A stretch of 64,000 bases of DNA from Felis catus (taxonomy: Eukaryota). A program made the translations under genes and the position numbers. The notes below the pieces were generated by a model. The model made no database searches. It worked only from the letters and a program-made list of their open reading frames with translations, and was not told the DNA's origin. The DNA lies in NCBI RefSeq assembly GCF_018350175.1, contig NC_058368.1, forward strand, positions 102,736,001 to 102,800,000. The letters run 5' to 3'. How positions within the stretch are numbered: the stretch's first letter is position 1; each line of letters begins with the position of its first letter. This document shows positions 12,941 through 24,479 of the stretch, piece by piece.

Positions 12941-13160
12941 GGGGCGCCTGGGTGGCGCCGTCGGTTAAGCGTCCGACTTCAGCCAGGTCACGATCTCGCG
13001 GTCCGGGAGTTCGAGCCCCGCGTCGGGCTCTGGGCTGATGGCTCGGAGCCTGGAGCCTGTTTCCGATTCTGTGTCTCCCTCTCTCTCTGCCCCTCCCCCG
13101 TTCATGCTCTGTCTCTCTCTGTCCCAAAAATGAATAAACATTGAAAAAAAAAATTTAAAA
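12941..13160 (+). mobile_element. Young felid SINE (SINEC_Fc-like)
   Basis: CpG-intact body; TSD AAAAGTGTTTAGAATTT. Confidence 0.97.
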
Positions 13161-13425
13161 AAAAGTGTTTAGAATTTTTATCACAGTGATACATGCCCAC
13201 GATACAGTCAGCTAGTATAAGAGGGTTTATAAAGAAAAGCATCCCCTGTCTCTCCCTCCATACCCAGATCCATTTCCCGAAGCAACTTCTAACCTTTCAG
13301 TTCTCCTGGGAATTACCTTCTAAACTCTCAATAATTACTAGGCTTATAAGGGTTTCTCTAGATTCAGGCAACAAATGGTTCCACAAATATTTATTTTGTG
13401 CCTACTATCTGCCAGACACTGTTCT

Positions 13426-13646
13426 TTTTTTTTTTTTTTTCAACGTTTTTTACTTATTTTTGGGACAGAGAGAGACAGAGCATGAACGGGGGAGGGGCAG
13501 AGAGAGAGGGAGACACAGAATCGGAAACAGGCTTCAGGCTCTGAGCCATCAGCCCAGAGCCCGACGCGGGGCTCGAACTCACGGACGGCGAGATCGTGAG
13601 CTGGCTGAAGTCGGACGCTTAACCGACTGCGCCACCCAGGCGCCCC
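13426..13646 (-). mobile_element. Young felid SINE
   Basis: TSD TGCCAGACACTGTTCT (13410-13425, 13647-13662). Confidence 0.97.
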
Positions 13647-13884
13647 TGCCAGACACTGTTCTAAGACTGGGGTGCAATAGCCAATAAAATTGGCTGTGGA
13701 TAGAACCAATCCAGGCCTCCTGGGCCTGACGTTCTACTGGGGCGGTGATGAGAGAGCCAAGTAATACACGCTACTAATGAGCAATTTCTGCAGTATATTA
13801 AAAAGTAAACGCCACTATTAGATAGAAGAAATGGGAAAGGTGGACCAAGGGAGGTGGTTTGCAGTATAAAATAGGGTGTTTATT

Positions 13885-14095
13885 GGGCACCTGGGAGGCT
13901 CAGTCGGCTAAGCATCTAACTCTTGGTTTCAGCTCAGGTCAAGATCTCGTGGTTCATGGGTTCAAACTCCCTATCAGGCTCTCCATATCTAGCACAGAGC
14001 CTGCTTGGGATTCTCTCTCTCTCTCCCTCTCTCTGCCCCTTCACCCCACACCTTTGTCACTCTCAAAATAAGTAAATAAAACTTTAAAAATAAAA
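13885..14095 (+). mobile_element. Can-SINE, older subtype
   Basis: Head, (CT)n and tail; degenerate TSD TAGGGTGTTTA. Confidence 0.9.
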
Positions 14096-14433
14096 TAGGT
14101 AGGGTGTTTATGGATGACTTCACTAAGAATGTTATGTCTGAGTAAAGACATGAAGGAGGCAATACAGTAATCTCTGAGTCCAGGCAGAAGGAACAGCAAA
14201 TACAAAGGTCCTGAGGCAGGAGCATGCCTTGCTAGCTAATGGGACTTAAGTAAAATCAGTATGTGCCATTTCCAACTGTTGCTCCTTCAAGGACTGGCTT
14301 GTAATCCTTCTGGTCTTCCTCCCCTATCCTTCTGGTTGGGAGAAGATGAGATTTTAAATAACCACCTGAGAGGCAGAGATGGGAGCTGCTTGTCAAGGAT
14401 GGGAGAACCACCTTTTGAGGTCTGGATTCTTGC

Positions 14434-14659
14434 TTTTTTTAAAAAATTTTTTTTTTCAACGTTTATTTATTTTTGGGACAGAGAGAGACAGAGCATGAAC
14501 GGGGGAGGGGCAGAGAGAGAGGGAGACACAGAATCGGAAACAGGCTCCAGGCTCCGAGCCATCAGCCTAGAGCCCGACGCGGGGCTCGAACTCACGGACT
14601 GCGAGATCATGACCTGGCTGAAGTCAGACGCTTAACCGACTGCGCCACCCAGGCGCCCC
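14434..14659 (-). mobile_element. Young felid SINE
   Basis: TSD TGGATTCTTGCTTTTT. Confidence 0.97.
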
Positions 14660-14741
14660 TGGATTCTTGCTTTTTAAGCAAGTAAGCAAACAGGCAAGAA
14701 TAATTAAATAAGGCTGCAAGTGGTAGCTGTTTCTTTAGGAA

Positions 14742-15509
14742 TGTATTAGTTTTCTATTACTGCGTAACCAATTACATCAAAGTGTAGTAGATGAAATCCA
14801 TAAGTATGTAACTCATCATTTCTTCCTTTTTTTAAATAATTGTTTTATGTTTATTTTTGAGAGAGAGAGACAGAGTGTGTGTGTACATGCAAGTAGGGGA
14901 GGGGCAAAGAGAGAGGGAGACACTGAATCGGAAGCAGGCTCCAGGATCCGAGCTGTCAGTACAGAGCCTGATGTGGGGCTCGAACCCACACACCACGAAA
15001 TCATGAAATGCACCGAAGTCAGACGCTTAACTGACTGAGCCACCCAGGCGCCCCACTCTCATCATTTCTTCCAACCAGGGGGAACAGCTTCACTTCTTGC
15101 TACGATCTCTCATGAGGCGGCGGTCAAGCTGTTCTCTAGGGCTGCACTTATCCTCGCGACTCAACTGGGGCTAAAGGACCTGCTGCCAAGCTCAGTGACG
15201 TGGTGGTTGTCAGGCTTCAGTTCCTCTCAGGTTGTTGGCTAGTGAGTCTCAGTTCCTCTGGTGCTACTGACTGCGGGCCTTCGCTCCTGACCACGCCAGG
15301 TGGTTCTATCTGCAGAGCTGCTCCCAATATGGCTGCTTCCTCCCCCCATGGCTAGTGATCCAAGAGAAAGCCAACAGGAGCCCAAGATGAGATGTACAGT
15401 TCCTTATAACCTAGTATTGAGCAAGCAAGTCCAGCCCACACTCAAGGAGAGGGGATCACACAAGGGCACGAAGGCCAGGAGACAGAGATACTCAAGGCCA
15501 CCTACCACA
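14742..15509 (-). mobile_element. MaLR solo LTR (MLT1-like), split by a SINE
   Basis: Starts TGTATTAGTTTTCTATTACTGCGTAAC and ends ...CCAGCCCACACTCAAGGAGAGGGG...CCTACCACA, MLT1-type termini. Confidence 0.8.
14827..15054 (-). mobile_element. Can-SINE
   Basis: TSD CTCATCATTT. Confidence 0.93.
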
Positions 15510-15659
15510 GGGGGAAAGAAAAATGACATCAGGTTCGATCCTCAACACCACACCAAAGTCATCTGCAGCTGGATAAAAAATTGCACTAAAAATACAAGTA
15601 GATGGGAACGTTTCTTTAGTATCAGATTGGGAAGAACGTCCTACCCTTAAAACAACAGA

Positions 15660-16420
15660 AGCTGTCCGTCACAGACTGGGTTATCCAGGAAGCAGACGCC
15701 GAAACAGCGTTCGACGGTAAAAGGCTTATTTGTAAGCAACACCATGAAAGGAAAGGGGGAGGAAGTGGGTTTGGGGAGGGAATGTGGATCTGAGAAAAAG
15801 TTGGTAAGCCCCACGGGAGCTCTGGGATGCACACGTCCCATCGGCGCCGTTCCAGATGGTGTGGCCCACCTAGGGCCTGGAACTGGTTTCTTGTTCAGTA
15901 TGCGCATAGGGACTGCCCTAAGCATGAGAATCACTTTCGTTCATTCTCAAACCAGGGAGGGCTCTGAAGGAGCTAGGAACTGGTGGCCGGCCGCTAATCG
16001 TAGCGTGTAACTGGGCAGCACGTCCATTGTTGAAGGAAGACGTGAGCAGCACGTCTCCACCTGCGCCACAACGTACCCTCTGTACCGTGTGCATCCGTGC
16101 TTCCGGGACTTGTATGGCGTGGCTCCTCTGGGGCTCTACCAGGCTCTTTTCCTGAGGACAAACTGCCCTCAGCCCCTTGCATTAAGTCAACAATGCCCGT
16201 TAGAGCGGTCTTGCATTGGGCAGAAATGGCTAAGTCCCTATACGACTGCCTCGCTTCCTCGGTGGCTGAGGACCACCCTGCAGAGTGTAACCTCCCCCTC
16301 AGAAGCAGAGGTGAGATTTGAAAGAACTAACAGCTAGAGGCTTGTCAGCTAAGCACACTCCTAGTCATTGGGCAGGAAGTCCTTTCTGGAAGGGCAGTCT
16401 GAGCAATACACAATCACAAG
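15660..16420. mobile_element. Old ERVL-class LTR sequence (LTR41-like, possibly two pieces)
   Basis: CAGACTGGGTTATCCAGGAAGCAGAC...CCCCACGGGAGCTCTGG resembles recalled ERVL LTR consensus; boundaries uncertain. Confidence 0.5.
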
Positions 16421-16431
16421 TGAAAATTTAA

Positions 16432-16640
16432 GGGGCGCCTGGGTGACTCAGGCGGGTGGGCATCCGACTGTGGCTTGAGTCATGACCTCTCGGTTCACCG
16501 GTTTGAGCCCCGGGTCGGGCTCTGGGCTGACAGCCCAGAGCCTGCAACCTGCTTCGGATTCTCTGTCTCCCTCTCTCTCTGCCCCTCCCCCACTAGCGCT
16601 GCGTCTCTCTTTCTCAAACATAAACAGGAAAAAACAAAGA
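16432..16640 (+). mobile_element. Can-SINE
   Basis: Head, body and tail; short TSD GAAAATTT. Confidence 0.93.
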
Positions 16641-17149
16641 AAATTTTTAAAAAACCTTTTTTTCATAAGACGTAATTGTCAAAGCTCAAACACGTAAAAC
16701 ATGAAAGTTGGGAAAAAAGCCATAAAATGTTAACGACATAACTTCATAAAATGTTAACATCCTATCATAACATCAGTTGGGCGACATATGATATGTTTAA
16801 CAAACAGTTAAACACGTCAGATCCCAGTGAATACTTCGAACAAAGTTCTCCAAAAGAAAAAAAATACAGTACCTAGCAAATATGAGAAAGGATTCATCTG
16901 ACCTCACAAGTAGCCAAATAAATGTGTCTTAGAGTAATAACACACATTTTGGGGCCTATCAAATTTCCATTTTTTTTTTCGAGGTAGATTAGGTAGCTTT
17001 GGCAAGTGAGTTTTAACTCAGACACACTCACACACACATACCTGACAGGGGTGCAGATCCCGAGTTCTATAAATCAAGTTCGCATCAGGTTCCAGGAGTT
17101 GTGAAAACAAATCCTTTCTTCTTGCTAATTCCATTTCAGGAGCGTATCA

Positions 17150-18157
17150 CTCTCTTTTCGGGTGCCTCAGAGGTGATCACCTCCTTCCAGATGAAGCTGA
17201 ACATCTCTTTCCCGACCACTGGCTGCCAGAAACTCATTGAAGTGAACAGCGAATACAGGCTTTGCTTTTTTTTTTTTAATGTTTATTTTTGAGAGAGAGA
17301 GCAAATGGGCGAGGGGCAGAAGGAGAGGGTGGCACAGAACCCGAAGCAGGTTCCAGCCTCTGAGCTGTCAGCACAGAGCCTGACGCGGGGCTCGAACCCA
17401 TGAACCGTGAGATCATGGCCTGAACCGAAGTTGGACACTTCAGTGACTGAGCCACCCAGGCGCCCCACAGACTGTGCATTTGTTTACGAGAAGTGTATGG
17501 CCAGGGAAGCTGCTGCTGACACACTGGATAAAAAATGGAAGGATTACATGGTCTAAGTCATTGAGGGGGATGATACACAAGATTTTCCCATGAAGCAGGG
17601 TGTTCTGACCTGCGGCCCCCATCCACCTGTTAAGGCGTATTCCTGTCATTGACCAAGGAGGACCGGAAAAAGAAAGTGCGAATCTGGAAGTGGCATTGTG
17701 GATACCAGTCTGAGTGTTCTCAAGTTATTGTAAAAAAGAAAAAAAGGAAAGAAGGATATGCTTCAACTCACTGATACTATTGTGCCTCATCACTTGTGGC
17801 CCCGAACAGCTTGCAGTATTGCACATTTTCAGTCTAAGGAAGATGGCCTCCACCAGGGCACTTCTAGAACCAAGAAGGCAAGGAATCTAGGCTGCTCAGG
17901 ACACAGCCTGTTGTGACTTCCCATGTCCTGTGACAAGACTGGCATCCTGCTCCGAAGGAATGGTTTGGTAAGGAAAAGAAGAAAAACGCCACAGAATAGG
18001 CTCAACTTCTGCCTAAGAGACTGGACAGGGCCAAAGAAAAGCCCAGGAACAGAACGTTGAGAGATGGAAGACTTCTACCGCTAAGTCTGAGCCTAGTCAA
18101 AGAGAAGAGTTTTAAGAGTATCTAATAAATAAGACCAGACATTCAAAAAAAAAAAAA
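17150..18157 (+). pseudogene. RPS6: Processed pseudogene of 40S ribosomal protein S6
   Basis: 5'TOP-like CTCTCTTTTC; ATG at 17191 gives MKLNISFPTTGCQKLIEV; after the SINE come FPMKQGVLT, RTGKRK, LTDTIVP and KSEPSQ remnants; intronless; AATAAA 18124-18129; poly(A) 18145-18157; multiple frameshifts and stops. Confidence 0.97.
17266..17466 (-). mobile_element. Can-SINE inserted in the RPS6 pseudogene
   Basis: Diverged TSD ACAGGCTTTGC / ACAGACTGTGC. Confidence 0.95.
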
Positions 18158-18498
18158 GTTTACCCTTAGGAAACCGTCAGAAATGTGAACAAAGACTTAC
18201 ACGTAGAGATGATCATCTCAGCACTGTTTGTTAGATTAAAAGCCAGAATTCACGTAAGTGCCCAAATTAGGAAAAGGGTTTTAGGTCAACTGCGATGCGT
18301 CTATAGGACAGCTTTTTGGGCAGCCATTGAAATGAAGATGCGTGATCAGCCTTTAATGTCCAGAGATAACGCTGAGGACACGTTCACTGAAAATAAAAGC
18401 AACTGCACATGCTATATTACCTCAGCATATAAAAAACCCATACAAAGATGTAGAGAAGAAACCATGGCCAAAACGTAAACATCGATTTACTTATCTTT

Positions 18499-18551
18499 GG
18501 TTGGGTGATTTTATTATCTTATCTCTACTTTCTTTCTTTCTTTCTTTCTTT

Positions 18552-18599
<48 letters not shown>

Positions 18600-18701
18600 T
18601 CAGAGAGACCACGTGCACAAGAAGGGGAAGGGCAGAGAGAGAGAGAGAAAGGGAAAGAGAGAATCCCAAGCAGGGTTGGGTGATTTTATTATCTTATCTC
18701 T

Positions 18702-18753
<52 letters not shown>

Positions 18754-18828
18754 TCAGAGAGACCACGTGCACAAGAAGGGGAAGGGCAGAGAGAGAGAGA
18801 GAAAGGGAAAGAGAGAATCCCAAGCAGG
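18499..18828 (+). repeat. Tandem duplication of about 155-175 bp containing (TTTC)n and a SINE 3' half
   Basis: GGTTGGGTGATTTTATTATCTTATCTCT...GAATCCCAAGCAGG occurs twice, starting at 18499 and 18674. Confidence 0.93.
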
Positions 18829-18941
18829 CTTGAACCTCCCTGCAGAGCCCGATGTGGGGCTCAGTCTCACAGCTGCGAGATCATGACCTGAGTCAATACC
18901 ACGAGTCGGATGCTTTACTGACAGAGCCACCCAGGCGCCCC
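18702..18941 (-). mobile_element. Can-SINE with tail expanded into (TTTC)n
   Basis: Antisense head ...GAGCCACCCAGGCGCCCC ends at 18941. Confidence 0.92.
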
Positions 18942-19074
18942 TTGGCTTCACTCTCAGAATCTACAAAATGCACATTCTAAGAGTCATGTCACATGACAGT
19001 TGCCAAGAAAGCTCTCCTTGTCCTTGGGGAAGGGGCTGCCTTACGTTACTTGGTGTGGGCCCGTCTCTCAATGT

Positions 19075-20058
19075 TGACTGTGGGGGGCTCAAGTTCTGCT
19101 GTGTAGGTATGTGCCATGCAATGTGGCACGAACTATCCAGAGTTAGGTCAGCGTTCATAGGCTGGCGGCAGAGTGCTCTTCGGTCACCAGCTGTGGGCTC
19201 TGGGGTTCTCAGCCCCCCTGCACTTCTGACCAACTGGCTCGAATCTGGGTGTTCTCGTGAGCTCCACAGGTTCTATAATTTGCTAGGAAGATGCAGAGAC
19301 TTCGGCAAAGCATTAGCCATAGGATTTAAAAAAATTTTTTTTCAACATTTATTTATTTTTTGGGGGACAGAGAGAGACACAGCATGAACGGGGGAGGGGC
19401 AGAGAGAGAGGGAGACACAGAATCGGAAACAGGCTCCAGGCTCCGAGCCGTCAGCCCAGAGCCCGACGCGGGGCTCGAACTCACGGACCACGAGATTGTG
19501 AGCTGGCTGAAGTCGGACGCTTAACCGACTGCGCCACCCAGGCGCCCCAGGATTTTAATTTTAGTATCGAGGATACACGTTGGGACGAGCCAAGTGAGGA
19601 GATGTATAGGGTGAGGTCTGACAGGGCCCCAGACAAAAATGTTCTCTGTCCTCCAAATGCACCTTCCTCCCAGCACAACGCTGGGTGTCACAAACCTGGA
19701 AGTTTCAGATGTACAGAGCTTTTAATGAGGTTTCGTTACATAGGCTTGACTGAGTAAAACCCAGGTCATGTGATTAAACTCAATCTTGAGACCCCTTCCC
19801 GCGGGCGGAGGTTGGGACGCCGGACTTAGAACACCCGGCTCAAAGCCTCAACTCTCCCATCATTTTGTCGTTCTCTCCAGCATGGCGGTCCCCATTGGGA
19901 CATTTTAAAGGCTCATTAGGAGTCACCTCATGGGCAAATTCAAGCACGGTCCAAGGCACCCACCATGAAGACCAAAGACATTCCTTTCACTCTGAAAATT
20001 CCAAGGGTTTAGAGGCTCCCTCCCAGGAGCCAGGCCAACCAACTTCTTTATTATACAA
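19075..20058. mobile_element. MER21-like LTR, split by a SINE
   Basis: CACTTCTGACCAACTGGCT, ATAATTTGCTAG, TATAGGGTGAGGTCTG and GAAAATTCCAAGGGTTTAGAGGCTCCCTCCCAGGA resemble the recalled MER21 consensus. Confidence 0.75.
19328..19548 (-). mobile_element. Young felid SINE
   Basis: TSD AGGATTT. Confidence 0.96.
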
Positions 20059-20895
20059 GAGTATCTGTCTTACCCTTTGGCTGTGGCCTCCAAAAAGGAG
20101 GGACTACGCCAGGCATGCCTATGCTTAGGACTGGCCCCCACCAGATATTCCTTCAGTGAATCTAACAATTTAGGAAACAGCGCCTAAAGCACATGAGAGC
20201 AGCTCCTCATCGTTTGTGAGTTCCAACCTGAACCCTTCTTTGCCACTCTGTCTTTTCTACCACAGGAGCCTCAGAAGGTCACTGTTCCAGGAATTCCTGA
20301 CACGCCGACATTTTGGTCCTTTCTTAAATTAAACCCTCACTGCAGAGAACAGGAACACCACACCCACAACCATAAAAATATTTTTAAATCATTTCTTTAA
20401 CCTTGATGATACCCATCTGTAGAAACACCTCAGTTCACTGTGAATCAACTAGGCAATTAGAAACTAAATCCGCTTGGTGTAAGAAAACCCAACTAAGAGA
20501 AGTAGAGGACTAGTAAATTCACGGCTGCGGTTAGGAGTGGCTAAGATAGTCACTACTGAGTAAGTTAGGGAAGTGAGTGCTGGTATTTTTATTCTTCTCA
20601 ATCTGAGGATGGCCTGGGGACTGGTGTTTTAGAGCATTGTTAAGGCATTTGATGAACCTGACACGTTAGTGGACTATATTTATACTTAACTCCTTTATCC
20701 CCAAAGCTATTTCCTTCCGGTAAGTGATACAGTCAAGGCTGAGGGTTATTTGACCTGGTTCTTCAAGTCTTGAGTCACTTCTATTTCATGATTTACTCGA
20801 TTAAAACTAAGACTACCACCCTCATAGGACTATGCTTGCAAAATTACATCAACTTCTTTTTTTGAGATAAAATACTTCACTTTTTGTATCGTAAA

Positions 20896-21101
20896 ATTTT
20901 TTAAAATATTTATTTTTGAGAGAGAGAAACAGAACATGAGTGGGGGAGGGGCAGAGAGAGAAGGAGACACAGAATCCGGAGCAGGCTCCAGGCTCTGAGA
21001 CGTCAGCACAGAGCCTGATGCAGGGATCGAACTCACGGACTATGAGGTCATGACCCGAGCCAAAGTCGGACGCTTAACCGGCTAAGCCATCCAGGCGCCC
21101 C
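20896..21101 (-). mobile_element. Can-SINE
   Basis: Full antisense body. Confidence 0.95.
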
Positions 21102-21608
21102 ATTTTTTTTTCTAACCTTCCTCCCTGAGCAGGCTTGATCTGGGGCTTTTGGAAGAAGCCAGAACTTTTTGTAATTAGGAAGAACACAGAGCCTTCTGTG
21201 TTTATTGCATTTGTGTGGTCTCCGGTTCGTGCTTGAGGGCAAGGGTCTCCCGTGACTATATTCGTAGGAATTCCTAAGGATCATCAAATACCCAGCATAT
21301 ATTTACATTTTCCCATTAAAACCAAGGGTTTATTTTATTTAAACCAGGGGAGGGTAACAGCATGTTTGTATCTAACAAGATGATGCAGCGGAGAAGGAAA
21401 GACTGATGATGGAGGATTAAGTGGGGACATTTGCAAGAGTGAGGTCCTCGAGCAGAGTCCTGCGCTACTCTGCTCCAGGGGAGAGAGACGATCCTGTGCC
21501 TTCTGTGTGAGTGGTGTCCCTTCTGTGCCTTCTGTGAACGTGGATCATGGGGGCTAATCTGCACAGGCTAAAAGGGATGGTATTGAGGGAATTAGCAGCC
21601 CACCAAAG

Positions 21609-22095
21609 TGGTTTGGAAGAATATTTTCAACGGAAAACATCGCAACAGAGGGCAGCCACAGAAAGCAACATTATCTAAACAAGCAGAACCTCCTGAAGAT
21701 ACAGCTGCCGTTGTCCCCTCCCCCCACCCCCCAAGGCGTTTCCTGTTTGAAAGAAAACTGACCTTTAACACTAGGAAGTGTGAAGTCAGCTGCCATCCCC
21801 CCACCCATATGGGGAAATTTTGAGTCAGGAAGGAGACAGACGGTCCATTTCTATTAGCATCAGAAAGTTCAACAGAATCTTCCATACTTTCCCAACGACA
21901 CGTAACCCTGCCCCCCCTCTTTGTTAAGGTGGTATATAAACCTTTACCTCCAGCTTCTCAGTGACTCAGCACTGAGCAACTCCCATGTTACACCTATAAA
22001 CTACACCTTGTCTTTTTTCCAGTTAACCTATTACCAGTCGATTTTCAAGGTCCTGACTATTTGGACTCAACTTGGTGGAGAAACAACTTCTTCTT
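21609..22095 (+). mobile_element. Possible old ERV1-type solo LTR
   Basis: TATA-like GTATATAAACC and a U5-like end TTTTCCAGTTAACCTATT...AACTTCTTC, similar in layout to other LTRs in the window; termini unclear. Confidence 0.45.
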
Positions 22096-22234
22096 AGGTA
22101 AAAGATCATGGAAACATGTGGAGAGTTGGCATTAGTTAGAAGCATGGACCCTTCCTCCACAGTAAGAAAGCAGGTAGGTTGTACACGTATGTATGTATGT
22201 ACAAATACATATGGATGTATACCCATCTACTCTT

Positions 22235-22458
22235 TTTTTTTTTTTAATTTTTTTTCAACGTTTATTTATTTTTGGGACAGAGAGAGACAGAGCATGAATG
22301 GGGGAGGGGCAGAGAGAGAGGGAGACACAGAATCGGAAACAGGCTCCAGGCTCCGAGCCATCAGCCCAGAGCCTGATGCGGGGCTTGAACTCACGGACCG
22401 CAAGATCGTGACCTGGCTGAAGTCGGACGCTTAACCGACTGCGCCACCCAGGCGCCCC
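22235..22458 (-). mobile_element. Young felid SINE
   Basis: 17-bp TSD TATACCCATCTACTCTT. Confidence 0.97.
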
Positions 22459-22827
22459 TATACCCATCTACTCTTAATGGATAGGTCATCTACTCTCAAT
22501 AACTCACATCCTCATTCTCATTCACTGTGGATCTACCCCAGGATGACTGCCAGGCTCAAAACACATGCATTCAATCATTCATTCATCCAATGTTTCTTTA
22601 ATCCTACAGTATGGTTTAGGTCCTGGGGATCCAGCATGGAACAAAATTCAAGCACTCCTGACTCCATGGAGGTAACTTCCTGGTGGAAGAAACAGATATG
22701 AAACAAATAAAGTAACTACGTAGTACATTTAAAGATGGTGAGTGTGAAGGGAAGAAATAAACATACATACACCAAGCAGGAAAGGGAGTTTGGGAGTATG
22801 GACTGCTTCCCTGAAAAGGAGGCATTT

Positions 22828-23053
22828 GTTTATTTATTAAAGTATATTTATTTACTTTGAGAGCAAGAAAGTGCGTGTTTGCACATGTGTACGAGTTGGG
22901 GGGGGGCAGAGAGAGAGAGGGAGAGAGAAGTTCGAGCAGGCTCCACACTCGGCATGGGGTCTGATTCGGGGCTCAATCTTATGACCCTGAGATCACGACC
23001 TGAGCCAAAATCAATAGTCAGATACTTCATCGACCGAACCACCTGGATGCCCC
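22828..23053 (-). mobile_element. Can-SINE, older subtype
   Basis: Diverged antisense body. Confidence 0.9.
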
Positions 23054-23067
23054 AGGAAGAGACATTT

Positions 23068-23296
23068 TTTTAAATTAAAAATATACATATTTTAATGTTT
23101 TTATGTATTTTTAAGACAGAGAGAGACACAGCATGAGCAGGGGAGGGGCAGAGAGAGGGAGACACAGAATTCGAAGCAGGCTCTAGGCCCTGAGCTGTTA
23201 GCACAGAGCCCGATGTAGGGCTCCAACTCACGGACCGTGAGATCACGACCTGAGCTGAAGTCAGACGCTTAACCGGCTGAGCCACCCAGGCGCACC
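23068..23296 (-). mobile_element. Can-SINE
   Basis: TSD GGAAGAGACATTT. Confidence 0.95.
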
Positions 23297-23639
23297 TGGA
23301 AGAGACATTTAAATAAAGAGTTCAGGAGGCAAGGAACAAACCATATGGTTATAGGGGGGAGTCTATTCCAGAATAAGAAGAGGGAGTGTACCTCGTGTCT
23401 TCAAGGAATAACAAAGAAATGAGTAAGGAAATGAGTGAGCAATGAATGCACAGAAAATAAAACCAATGAGGTCCTAGGGGCCAGACTGTCGGGGGGGGGG
23501 GGGGGCTTGGAATCATATTAAGTACTCTGGCTTTCTTCTGAGTGAGCCGAACTGAACAGACAAATGATGTCTGACTGTCAGGGAGCAAGGATGGAAGCAA
23601 AAAGAGCAGAAATTATGCTGACGAAATATTCTTGTCAAG

Positions 23640-24152
23640 GGATGATGGGCACCGCCTTGGAAAGCCATCGGCCATTTCCTCAAAAGGCTAAAGACAGACT
23701 TACCATACGGTACAGCAATTACACTCCAAGGTACAAACCCAAGAGAAATGAAAACATGTCTCCAAACAGAACACACATAGTCATAGCATCATTATCTATA
23801 AGAGCCAAAAGGTGAAAACCATCGCAACGTCCATCAACCGATGAATGGATAAATAAACTGTGATGTATCCATACAAAAGAACATTATTTATTCATAAAAA
23901 GGAATGGAGTACTGATATATCCTACAAGGATAAATCTTGAAAGTATTATGCTATATAGGGCACCTGGGTGGCTCAGGTGGTTAAGCATCCAACTCTTGAT
24001 TTTGGCTCAGGTCATGATCCCAGGGTCACGAGATCGAGTCCTAGGTCAGGCTCCGTGCTGAGCGTGGAGTTTGCGTAAGATTCTCTCTCTCTTTCTCTCT
24101 CTCCTTCTACCCGTCTCCTGCTCACACAGTTTCTCTCCCTCTCTCTGTCACA

Positions 24153-24198
<46 letters not shown>

Positions 24199-24455
24199 AT
24201 GCTATACAAAAGAAGCCAGTCACAAAAGACCACAGGGTGTATGATTCCATCTATGTGGAAAGTCAAGAGAAGGCAACCCCATGCAGACAGCAGGTAAATT
24301 AGTGGTTGCCAGGAACTAGGGGAATGAGGGAATGGGGAGTGACTAAACATTCTGAAATTAAATGCGGTGACAATTGCACAACTATGTGAATATAGAAAAG
24401 CCACTGGGCTGTACACTTTAAACAGATAAATTATATGGTATGTGAATTCTATCTC
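23640..24455 (+). mobile_element. L1M (L1MB-like) 3' end, split by a SINE
   Basis: GTCCATCAACCGATGAATGGATAAATAAA, AAAAGAAGCCAGTCACAAAAGACCAC and TATGGTATGTGAATTCTATCTCA are typical L1MB 3' sequence. Confidence 0.85.
23958..24197 (+). mobile_element. Can-SINE ending in a (CA)n microsatellite
   Basis: Head at 23958; (CA)n 24156-24197; TSD ATGCTATA. Confidence 0.9.
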
Positions 24456-24479
24456 AGGGAAGCTGTGAGTAAAAAGAAC

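Larger units (their letters stand above)
13375..14250 (-). mobile_element. LINE-2 3' fragment, split by two SINEs
   Basis: CAAATATTTATTTTGTGCCTACTATCTGCCAGACACTGTTCT and GGAACAGCAAATACAAAGGTCCTGAGGCAGGAGCATG are typical L2 antisense sequence. Confidence 0.8.
16660..18500 (+). mobile_element. Old L1M fragment hosting the RPS6 retrocopy
   Basis: AATTCCATTTCAGGAG before the pseudogene continues after it as TTTACCCTTAGGAAA...GTGAACAAAGACTTACACGTAGAGATG, L1 ORF2-end-like. Confidence 0.55.
22565..23560 (-). mobile_element. LINE-2 3' fragment, split by SINEs
   Basis: CATTCAATCATTCATTCATCCAA tail followed by L2-like antisense sequence; probably continues at about 24480-24840. Confidence 0.7.

Noticed and set aside
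13193..13687. 164-aa ORF and the many similar ORFs containing GQRETEHERGRGRERGRHRIGNRLQ or MAQSVKRPTSAQV
   Set aside because: Translations of Can-SINE sequence in either strand; the recurrence reflects the repeat, not a protein family
17191..18110. Functional RPS6 gene
   Set aside because: Intronless, SINE-interrupted, frameshifted, with stops and a genomic poly(A)
18501..18891. Hydrophobic FFLS-repeat ORFs resembling membrane proteins
   Set aside because: Translation of the (TTTC)n microsatellite
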